A stretch of DNA of 62,591 nt, the filler included, from Platydemus manokwari (taxonomy: Eukaryota): NCBI GenBank assembly GCA_037951405.1. It is 5 parts of 5 records of this genome, joined end to end, with 100 filler letters (N's around TTAATTAATTAA, not from the genome) between each part and the next. Parts side by side here need not be neighbours in the genome. Positions count along the whole stretch, not along the records: positions 45,811 to 62,591 come from JBBMOY011143659.1; 4 more parts are not named here. One strand, given 5' to 3'. Numbering within the stretch: position 1 is the stretch's first letter; every line of letters starts with the position of its first letter. Positions 52,414 through 62,591 of this stretch are shown in pieces. The position numbers and the translations under genes are program-made. The notes below the pieces were generated by a model, which was not told where the DNA came from, ran no database searches, and worked only from the letters and a program-made list of their open reading frames with translations.

Positions 52414-52967
52414 GTAAGCTTCAATTTATATTAGCAATATGATATCTGCCAGATATTTTGCAAATAATATTTTTAATATTTCTGTTAAAATTCTTAATCA
52501 AATAAATCCTTATAGTACAATTTTCTGTAAAATACAAATAAGGCATCTGAAAATTTAATGTAATTGTATGAGAATAAAGTTAGTCGTTTAGAAATGAATA
52601 AATAAAAACTGAGAAAATTTCTACATTTATATTGAGAAGTCTAATGGCGATTTAATTTTGCAGGCACTATAAACAAAAGCAAAATTTATAAATATTTGAC
52701 ATAATCTACTGATAATTAAAAATAGTATATGGAATTTTTTTGATAATACTGATCCTAATTAATTGTTTTGCTGTGTTTACCTGATGTATAAGGCAACAAT
52801 TCTCGTTTTCTACAAAAATCCATCAGTTTTTTCACTAACATATATATGAATCAAATAAAGATTCTATCTACCGATAAGTTGACCATAGTCCGTCTACAAT
52901 TTTGAGATACCAACTGAGAATATGTTTCTGGTTTATCTACTACACTCGTTAAAACTGTTACGAAAAT

Positions 52968-53070
52968 GCTATTATTATTATTATTATTATTATTTATTTT
53001 TACTATTACCTTAATTATTAGTTATTTTTAGTAATTATTATTATATTTTAAATATTATTTATTTATTTTT
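52968..53070. repeat. Degenerate (TAT)n microsatellite
   Basis: attattattattattattattattt... run. Confidence 0.7.
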
Positions 53071-53999
53071 TGACTACTTAATGTTTGAATAAGCTTTAAC
53101 AATTCATTTTTATTAACGTTTTTAGTTGTTGGACTTTTCACTTTATGAAAGCCTAATTTTTAATGACTAAATAAGAATTTAAATACAAATGATCATATCA
53201 CTAAGTTTCTAATCTCAAACTACAGTGCAGTCATTTCTTCACTGTGTACTTTTTCTTAAATTTTGCAATTTTGCTACATCCATAAATTACCAGAGTAGCT
53301 TTCAAAGACTTGGGCTTTTCATTATTAATTTCAATATTCCAATGAAAATAGATAAAGGTATAAGCGAGGCAGTTTTTAGTAATGATGTTTTAAATTTCCA
53401 AATTTTAAATTGTTCACAACAAGAATGTATCTGAAACACAAATGTTTTTCACATTTTTCTCGTTATAAAATTTAATAAAATTCACGTTCCTTACTGTTTT
53501 TACTATTTTTATTGATTTTCCTTTGTAAAGTTTGGTGGGTTTGTCATAAATTTTATATTTTTGAAAAAGCCAAAACTTGCGGGGTTTATTTAATGTTTTT
53601 CTATTATTTTTTTCCACATCTTAAAAAATTTAGTACTATTGTTTTCTAGTAAAAATTTAATGAAAATCCTGTAAAAGTTTTTGGTTTGTTTTTCAAAATT
53701 TTTTATATTAACCTTTTTTTGTAAAATTTTTATTATATTTATTTATTTTATTATATTATTTTAATGTACTTAACATTTATAGACATTTAACTTTAAAATT
53801 CTGTTAATATTAGCCTGGATTAAAATTGGTTCGATCTGAATTTGTCTTTACAATGTATAAATATAAATCTTATAAATATACATTATAATTTATGATTTAT
53901 CGTATTAAAGTTATGAGTCTCGTTTAAAATAGAAAATTTTAAAAATCTAAAGCACCGTTAGGATTGAAAGAAACAACTATAGTGCTACGAATAGCGTTA

Positions 54000-56560
54000 T
54001 ATTATTGATATATGACAAATAGGATAGATACAAATACAGCCATAAAGGCTTAGAGGTAGAACATAGAAAAGATCAAATTGTTTCCTAATAACACAAATGT
54101 TTTCCTGTGGGGAGTAATCTCATCAATTGGTGGATTAGCTGTCACTAGATGACCACAAGCACCCAAGTCAGATTGGTGAGACTACGATTGAGTCACTTGT
54201 GTATTTACTACACAGAGTGGCGGAAATCATTGGATAAACATGAAAATCCTAGAGATTTGATGAAATTGTTCTCATAAAAATCATACTGGAAGTCATCTCA
54301 ACATTGATGCATTAAGCTTCTACTTCAGTTTGAAGATAAATCAACGAGATGGCAAAAGATGTAAAGGAACAAATACTAATGAATATATGGATCACTCTAA
54401 CAGACAATCCCTTTCTGCTACCAACCTATTTGAGAAATTTCTATAACGATGACAATGTGATGATGATGACAATGACTAACAATAAAATTTTTAAGTTGTT
54501 CTTCTGTTGGGGATCTGGGCCAGCTGAATTATTAACAATTATTATGTGTGACAATTATCAACAACTAATATGAATTGTGTATAAAATCTGTAGTAATTTA
54601 TATTTGCGTATAAAACATAGTAATTTATATTGCTGTATAGAACTAATAATTAATATGAATGTATAGTGTATGAAATTTTTTATATTTTTGTAAGTGTAAC
54701 ATTTTGGTCAAGACAGCGGAACAACATGTAACGTTTAATAAATGTAACGATATATTTTTAGAAACATGGTTCATAATTCGTTTCCTTACATTTTAATTTT
54801 CGATACATTTCAAAATATCGTTTTTATAATTCTTTAATTTGATTAATTATTCATGTAAAAGCCCAAAAGGCAATTAATCAAAATACAATATATTAATAAT
54901 TATATAAAATAATATTGACAATTTATTTAAACACTTGGTTTTGGCATATAGGAAAAATGGAAAAGAATATAAAATAAATATTCTTAATAATAAAATCTTA
55001 TAGTTATAGTCAAATATTAAACATTAAAAGGAAATCCTCGGGGAATAAAATAATATTGTAGCGAAATAAATCATTAAAGCGTTTAGAATAAATTTCATAT
55101 AAATAGAGGTTCGAAACATTAGAACTTGCCCATTTTACGAAACCACTAGATTGTGTACTAGTGCTCATAATTTATTTTGAAAACAATAGGAAAGATTTGT
55201 CTCGTTGCTAGAAGATTGCTCGTCAACAGTATATGCCATTTGCCAATATTCGATTTGTCATTACCAAGTATAATAAGTTCCATTGTTCTGTAAACAACTG
55301 ATTTGTATCTATAGTATTTATCGTTTATTATTCGACTTTAGAGCTGTGCTTCCAAACACTCTGAAAAAAGGTAACCTGGTTTTACTCCTAGAGTTGGATG
55401 TATTAACCGTCTTTTGGTCTGGAATTGTAAGCTAGTCTTGAACCAATTTTTATTAGTTGTATAGTATAGTTTTAAACTGTATTTGTTGTAATGTATTTAA
55501 TAAACGCTTAGTGTAGCAAAAGTTGAGTTTTTGATCGAGGATTGTTAGGATATAGTTATAAAAAGTTGAGACCGATAAAATCAGAAACCCTTTGTATCAT
55601 TGTTGCCAATCAATTCTATCATCATATAGCTTTGATTACGAGGTGAAAATAATAACAACACTAAGGTTTTGTAGACTGTACCTTGGACTTGGTTAGAACT
55701 CATTTGTGACTGATCAAGACAACGGTGATCCACAATAATAACATTAATAATTTGAGACTGATTGAAAGAAAAATCTTCAAACATCCCGAAAACGTCACTT
55801 CAACGAGATATCAGATTCAATCGATGTGTGAAAAAAAGTTTAAGGATTTTTGTAATGAAGTTCATAATATACAGGTAGAATCTCGATGCCAAGTATCTAA
55901 TTCAAAAATGTCTTAAGTTATTTAATGGTGTATAACTTCAGCCAACAAAGTCAAAAGTAAAGAGAAAATTAGCAATTTTACCGTCAACTTAGTGAGATAA
56001 ATGAAGATCAACCTTTACAACAAACAGAAATGTTCTGGCATTCTATGAGAGCTTTTCACTCTAGTTTCGCCCCACTGTCGATGTTGCGATCCGATTTTTT
56101 AACGGATTATAAAGTAGAGTTGATAAAATTTCTTTTCCATTAGGTGGATGTTTTTAGGAACTTAGATGATGAAGACTGGCCCTAGGAAGACAAGATGATG
56201 ACTCTAATCGATACCAAAAGAAATTATTGGATCATAAAATAGTCGAATTTGAACTGTATGAATCGTCAAAAATAACAGCTCTGAAATACACCTTATTGTT
56301 AGACGAAGATTGTTATTGTGGAAATATTCGGAGGAAATATACATGGTGAAAGATAATCTATAATATCATAGTTGAATCATCCATTTCAAATAATCATCGC
56401 TGATGATGATATAAAGAAACCATAACGAGTAACCATTGAAATTGCGCAGCTATTACAAGTGACGAGCTCATTAAATACAAGAATGATGTGTACACCTATG
56501 TCAGTTAAATCAGATGTTGAAAAAGACTCAGGAATTGCTGCAATCATGTTTTTATCGCTA
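54000..56560 (+). mobile_element. hAT (Buster/Charlie-like) transposase fossil interrupted by a solo LTR
   Basis: QIGETTI (~54168) and INEMAKDVKEQIL (~54340) lie before the LTR. NKVKSK..RQLSEINED..QTEMFWHS (~55945-56045, compare HTEVRWLS) lies after it. Confidence 0.5.
54505..55797 (+). mobile_element. Solo LTR, copy 2 (1293 bp)
   Basis: Begins TGTTGGGGATCTGG and ends ..AACGTCA. Perfect 4-bp TSD CTTC (54501-04 and 55798-801). Homologous to 31616-32871. Confidence 0.88.
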
Positions 56561-57215
56561 TTTCAGAATCATTTACATATAATTCATTGAATTTCTTAAA
56601 AATAATGTCTCAAAATCCTATCAAAAATTTGCATAAAAATAAAAAAACCAAAAATAAAATTTAATAAAATTTATATTTACATTCAAAGAATCTACACATT
56701 TACATTCTTTTTCTTTTAAAATCTTTTCATTGAAGTCAAATAACGAAGCTCACTTCAAGGTCAATTAAAATAATATTGAATTGTTGTTTAGGAAATTGAT
56801 TTAATTGAAAGAATGAAACAAACCAATCTTTAAATCTCGAAAAGAATATTAGATACTATTGTAGTTTTTTCCTCATTTAATATTCAAATTATTTGAAACA
56901 TTTTAAATTCTGCAAATGTTTCTCATCTTGGAACACGGATAATACACTGAAATTAGTTACTTTATAAATTTAAAGCAACAACTTCACGCATTGGTTTACA
57001 TTCGGCACAAAATGATTACGAGCCGTCAAATCTTTACGTATTTAACGAAATACTCTGATTAACATGATAAAATGTTAGCACAATTTAAAAACGTATCATC
57101 TTAGTGTCTTATTAATTAAAATGAGTGCAAAATATGTATATTATTAACTCCTTAGATCTTTAAACATCCTTGACGATTTTTTTAAATTATTTAACAGAAA
57201 ATGGTTCTTTGATTA

Positions 57216-57255
57216 TACACACACACACACATATATATATGTGTGTGTGTGTGTA
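57216..57255. repeat. Perfect 40-bp palindromic compound microsatellite T(AC)7(AT)5(GT)7A
   Basis: Read directly from the sequence. Confidence 0.95.
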
Positions 57256-58481
57256 CAATTATTATTGAAATTATGCTAAAAGCATTGGGCAGAAGACTAT
57301 ATTCACCTAATCTTTAGATTATAACCTAAGTCTTTTCTCAAAAATTTGATGGAATTTCAACTTAAATTGTGAAAATTCAAAATTAAATAACAAAAATGTA
57401 GCTGCAAATTAAAAAGTTTATTAATTTAAAATTTTAGAAGTACTGAAATTTGTAGCTTTGATAAAAATGTTATTTTAATAGTTTAACAACGGGCAAATCA
57501 CGCATCTCTACTGAGACATCAAGATTTTTCTATTGCCAATTTTCTGATAAGAACACAGCTGTTGTATATTTTAATATTATTTCTCAGACTTATAATGGAT
57601 CATATGAGAAAGCAGGATCAATTAATATTTTGAAAAAAGGAATTGTAATTACAAGCTTTATTAATTAAGAATATTTTCATATCCAGAATCTTTTTGACCA
57701 AAGTTAAAAAAAGGTTCCAAAAATGAAATTTTAAATTTATTGAGTTTATTGAAAAAATCTACATAGTGTATTTAGTTATATTCTTTAAAAATATTTTGAA
57801 TTTTTTATTTAAGAGGAAATTTAGTTGTTTGTAATCAAATATTAAATACACTAGAACTTGAAAATCTCCTAAAATTTGACTAGTTGATAAACGGATCAAA
57901 GTAGGTAGAATTGCAATTTATTGAAAATTAGCGATGACCCCATTTTTAACATTAGAATCAAATTGAGAGATATTCTCAATTTTTACAATTATTTTATAAA
58001 AATAAACAATGATATTATTAAACATATATGTAATTAACTAACTAGATTTATAATTATAAAAATTTAAATTTAAAAACTTAAATAATCATATAGAAGTGTT
58101 GTTATTAGAATGAGAACTTGGTTTTAAAACTGTTTTGTCATTATCTTTGACATATTTAAAATGATATATTAACTGAATTATATTAATAAATCAAACATAG
58201 GAGTTATATATAAAATTAAGTTATAAAATTATCTAATGCGCGAAAATTCATTATAACGAAAGCAGGTCAAAGGATTTTTTTCTTAACTTAATCCCACACT
58301 AAGGCTACGTTAAACTTTAATTGTTGTCATTGTCTCGATCATAATATTATCACGAAAGATTTAGGTGAGTCACAAGATATTTTATTTTCAATAAATCGAT
58401 CTATATTTAGTCTGTTTTATTAACATTTTTCGAAACTTAGCATTATGCAAAATAGTTGATAATAATAAACTTTAATTTTAG

Positions 58482-59525
58482 AAAGAAAAAGTTGAAGAAT
58501 CTCTGTGGAATATAGCCATTGAAAATAGCATTGAAGAGTCTCATAGAACGCTACCGAATGTATTATTTGAGATTCATTTAGCATGCACTGAAAATGATGA
58601 TGAAAAATCTTGTATTGAAAGTGCTAGCATAGATTATTCTATATATCACGAAAATGATAGGGCTTTAATAACGAATTTATGTTTTTTATCGAAACAACTG
58701 TTCGATTGTCAATATTTCAAATGTTCATACTACTTTTTGGAAAGGTCCATGCAACTCATGAAAAATAATAAATATGAAAATCAGAATAAATATTTCTTCT
58801 ACAATATTTGCAAGGGACTGATATTCGGTAAACTGCAAAACCACGATGAAGGTTACAAAATCTTTCTCGACAGTTTAGAATTCTTACGCGCAAAAGAAGG
58901 TCAGAGTGAAGAGAAAGATATTTTGATTGCCTATGAATTGATGAATGTTGGATGTATTTTAACAAATTGGGGTATTTGTGATGTTGGAGTTTTAATATTG
59001 GCATCAGCTGTTCAGTGTTTTGAACAGCGTTTACCGAAATCATATGACGGTTGGGAAGAAGCGACAATATTAACAGCCAGATTCTATAACGATGTAAATG
59101 AATTTAAGAATTCTCTAAAAATTTCTGCACCTTTATTTGATTACTTTCACATATTAAATTTCGGTAAAATAAAAGACAACAACAAGCCAGTTTATGAATT
59201 AGCGATTGAAATGAGTGTAGGAGCAAAAGTTCGATCAGTGACAAAGAATTTGAAATATCCATTGTATCTGCCTAAAAATATTGCCATATTGTTGATGGAA
59301 ATGATAATCAGTTTTTCAGGTTTAGGTGATCGGAGTAGTGCGACAATTTTGGGGAATTGGATGGATCGATGTAAAGTGTTGTCATCGAATTATAAAAATT
59401 TGGTAATTGAACATTTCGACTATTCCTGGTTGCCAAATATCGAAAAGGTGGTGACTAAAATGCGCTCCAATACAATTTATCATGAATCGATTTTCAGTGA
59501 TGAAGGAATAGTTAAACGAATATGA
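58482..59525 (+). CDS. Terminal exon of an uncharacterised alpha-helical (TPR-like) protein, 347 codons
   Basis: The frame is open from the phase-0 acceptor ttttag|AAA (58482) to TGA 59525, extending the listed ORF by 85 codons. TPR-like patterns: KGLIFGKLQNHDEGYKIFLDSLE and LMNVGCILTNWGICDVGVLILASAVQCFE. Confidence 0.7.
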   Translation, partial: KEKVEESLWNIAIENSIEESHRTLPNVLFEIHLACTENDDEKSCIESASIDYSIYHENDRALITNLCFLSKQLFDCQYFKCSYYFLERSMQLMKNNKYENQNKYFFYNICKGLIFGKLQNHDEGYKIFLDSLEFLRAKEGQSEEKDILIAYELMNVGCILTNWGICDVGVLILASAVQCFEQRLPKSYDGWEEATILTARFYNDVNEFKNSLKISAPLFDYFHILNFGKIKDNNKPVYELAIEMSVGAKVRSVTKNLKYPLYLPKNIAILLMEMIISFSGLGDRSSATILGNWMDRCKVLSSNYKNLVIEHFDYSWLPNIEKVVTKMRSNTIYHESIFSDEGIVKRI

Positions 59526-61379
59526 TAATTTACGAGATTTTCTTTTCACTTCAGTTTTCTTTTTAAAAATAAATTTTCTGATGTTTTCTGTCACCATTTC
59601 TCAAATTTTTAATTTTTCGTATTTTTAGTAATTAAATTGATATTTTCTCTCAGATTGCAATTCATAAAAGGTATATATTTCCACAGTCAACTCATTGTTT
59701 GTTAATGGGTTACGAATTATGAATATAACATGTTATGAGTTGGGATTCAATTACTATAATTAGAATTTAGTTTCATTTAATGTCCATCACAGTAATTTGA
59801 GTTTGTTTTATTAATATATTTCTAACTGATAAATTTACTTTCGATTATTTAAAAATTTAATCACATTAGGAAAAGTTAATCATTGGTTTAATTTTAGTTC
59901 TGCTAATGAGAAATGTTTGATATCATTGTGGTGAGGAAAATTTAAAGAAACTAATAATAATTTAAAATAATAATTTGAATAAAAAAATTGTAATTACAAT
60001 TTTAATAATTTAATAAGTTTCGAAATAAAAAATAATATTTTTAAATTTTGCTACATTATTTAACATAAAGTAGTAATTAAATAATTTAAATATCTTTATC
60101 AATACCTGATTTAGATTGATAGCTAAAGCTCTCGTGAAAAAGATTTTTAAAAAAAGGATTTGAATTTGTTTGAAAATTGTTTTATTTTTTTGTATGAAGT
60201 AAAAGTTTAGAAAATAGTAGAAATGACTTCTTCTGTTGAATCCTTAATTTTAAGTGAAGCAGCTACTATTAACAATTATTGAGATATTATATATTTAGTC
60301 AATTTGCCGAAGCATGGATAATTGGTACTCATTATCGTATGCTTGTAAATATACATTAGGCTTGTTGACTGAGTTCGAGTTTTTATGTACTGCAGTTAAT
60401 TGTGATTGACTGATATCAAAATAATAGTCATGTAATAAACATGGATAAATCATGCTAAGAAATCTATACCTGGGCATAATTAAAAATGTTTATGTGATAT
60501 TAATAATCATCTCATCGTGTTTCCTTCATTTAAGGCCCGTCGTAACTTGTTTAAAAACATTACTCAATTTCCTGTAATCTATTTGAGTTGGATGGGGCAT
60601 AAAAATGTTAGTGTTTGAAATTGAGTTCTAGAATGTTAAGATTTGTCTTGACTATTTTACACTATAAGCAAAAGAATAAACTTTTAATTTTCAGAGAATC
60701 GATAATTTAAAATAGGTCTGTGAATTAGTCTGAATTATGGATTAAAGATGTCGAAATATCGATTTTTTGAAAATAAATCATTTAATTGCTTGACTAATAT
60801 GTTTAATAATTAAAATAATAGCTTTGAATTTAAAATTTCATTTCATTTAAATCACTTTCTGAAAGAAAAACATAACTAATAATATTTTTGAAATAATATA
60901 ATAAATAATATAATTTATCTTTTATAAAAAAAATCTTTGGAAAAATTATTCGTTTTCATAAGCCAACTTGAATAGAGTAATATTTCGATTTTAATTTCTC
61001 AGACAAAATAAACAAGTCCGTCTATTGAAATATCAATTCAATCTTTTTAAAATTAATTTACTATTGTGGGGGTAATTTATTCCATTAATTATATACACAA
61101 ATATTCTTCAGATTTTTAGGGAATTTAAAATGTTTTTTACTTGAATTCTTAATGGAAAAATATTATTCGTACATATTTGTAACAAGAAACGATAGCGATA
61201 AATTCTATTTTTAAAAATGTCAATTTTGCGTTTTATAATGAAAATTAGAAGAAGAGTCGACACAGTAAGAAGGATTTTGAACAAATCGAGAATTTCATTG
61301 AAAATGGAATTAAAAGAGATAATTATTGTAAGAAATCATACCGAGACTCAGTAGTTTTAGAATAATTCAGAAAAAAACA

Positions 61380-62100
61380 TTGAATTTTTGAAAATGTTGA
61401 GATTAGAGTAAGTCATTCCTCGTTTGTTCGCAAATCCTTCTTTTTTTGAGTCTCAAGTAAAATATCCATGAAGATGTATGTGTATATTTGTCTAACTAGA
61501 TAATCAGAGAGGAGAATAAAAAGCTTTTTAATTGGGCAATGACTTATAAAACTCACGCACATAAACTTTCACACTCAACAGCTAACCTATCAAAATCCTT
61601 TGAAAATGGACCAATAAATAACAATTCCGTAATCCTATTAATCAAGACGGAATGATCGCAAAATCTACTCTGTCCTTTTATGATTACTTCTTTCATGTGA
61701 TTATGAATGGTGACCAATTTTTGTATTAGCTTTTTGGAACCAATTCTTTCTGCATTTATGACTTGCTTTGAATCCTTAAAATCATTTATTAATGAATCTT
61801 CATGTCATCCATTTACAAGCAACCTAGACGGTGTTTCACCAGATTATATGTACCTGTTACTGTTGGAAGAATGCCGCCAAATATGACGAAACTTCCTAAC
61901 TTGGAATTCTTGCTTAACTAATTGCAAACATATTTACAGAAATATATAAAACATTGCTGCTATATTCCAATCAATAATCAGGATTTCACAAAATTAATAT
62001 TGCATTGGAAAGAATAATTTTTTTATCTCATGTCTATCAATGTAGCACTGTTTCGAGTGAAACATTGAGAAAGTATATTGTTTCACTAAAAGTATAAAAA
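61380..62100 (+). mobile_element. Possible hAT transposase C-terminal (dimerisation) fossil
   Basis: WNS..KHIYRNI*NIAAIFQS..FLSHV loosely resembles the hAT dimerisation domain. Many stops. Confidence 0.25.
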
Positions 62101-62591
62101 AATTAAATCAAAAAATGAAAATTAATAGAATGTTTCAGAACAATTTGTTTTAATGAATCAATTTAATAATGCGTATAGACAATTTAAAAAGCGTAAATTC
62201 TTGGCAACAGCCTCCAGAGTGAAGCCACGTTTTGTTTTGTATTTTTGAGATATTGTATTGATCATAGAAACTAAGTTTGCAAGCTTCGATTTTTGGTGTC
62301 AGCAATTATTTTAGTTATCCAGAATTTGACCGCAACAATATTTTAACTTAACTTTAATAATGATTATGCTGATTCATCTGCATACCTAATGAGTTGTCAT
62401 GGTTGTGAGATATTTTATAAGAATTAATTTTTAAATTTAAATTTAATTCAAAATTTATTCAAATATAGTTCTAATTTTGTAAGAAATCATATTTTATATA
62501 TACCAGGTTGAGTCAAATAAATGGTAATGGTGTTAAAAGTTGTAACTTTTAAAGGGTAGATAGATTCACCTTTTCAAGAGCTTTTAAATGG

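Noticed and set aside
1-62591. CRISPR arrays, rRNA/tRNA genes or prokaryotic defence systems
   Set aside because: No repeat-spacer periodicity, cloverleaf or rRNA-like tract was seen; the genes are intron-containing and eukaryotic.

Overview
Very AT-rich eukaryotic (animal) genomic DNA with spliceosomal introns mostly 42-62 nt long. The intron size, base composition and gene content suggest a compact invertebrate such as a triclad flatworm, but that is inference. The window consists of five contigs joined by artificial 100-nt spacers (44N-TTAATTAATTAA-44N), so adjacency across the gaps is unverified. Manually spliced genes: a 5'-partial-length adducin/class II aldolase-like gene (-); a recently disabled F-type lectin gene (-); an F-box fragment (+); MNS1 (+, 5' end missing); XRN1 (-, at least 12 exons, running into a gap); a complete secreted/surface LRR-Ig gene nested antisense inside XRN1 intron 4; PPAN/Ssf1 (+); and an uncharacterised helical-repeat gene. 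Intergenic DNA is mostly decayed transposons: Gypsy-like pol/gag fossils, two solo LTRs of one family, an RLE-type (NeSL-like) non-LTR fossil, hAT fossils and a TA-flanked MITE. There is also a fossil tandem CxxC-x15-CxxC gene of possible viral or Polinton origin. I found no prokaryotic-type system (CRISPR, operon, defence island) and no rRNA or tRNA gene.
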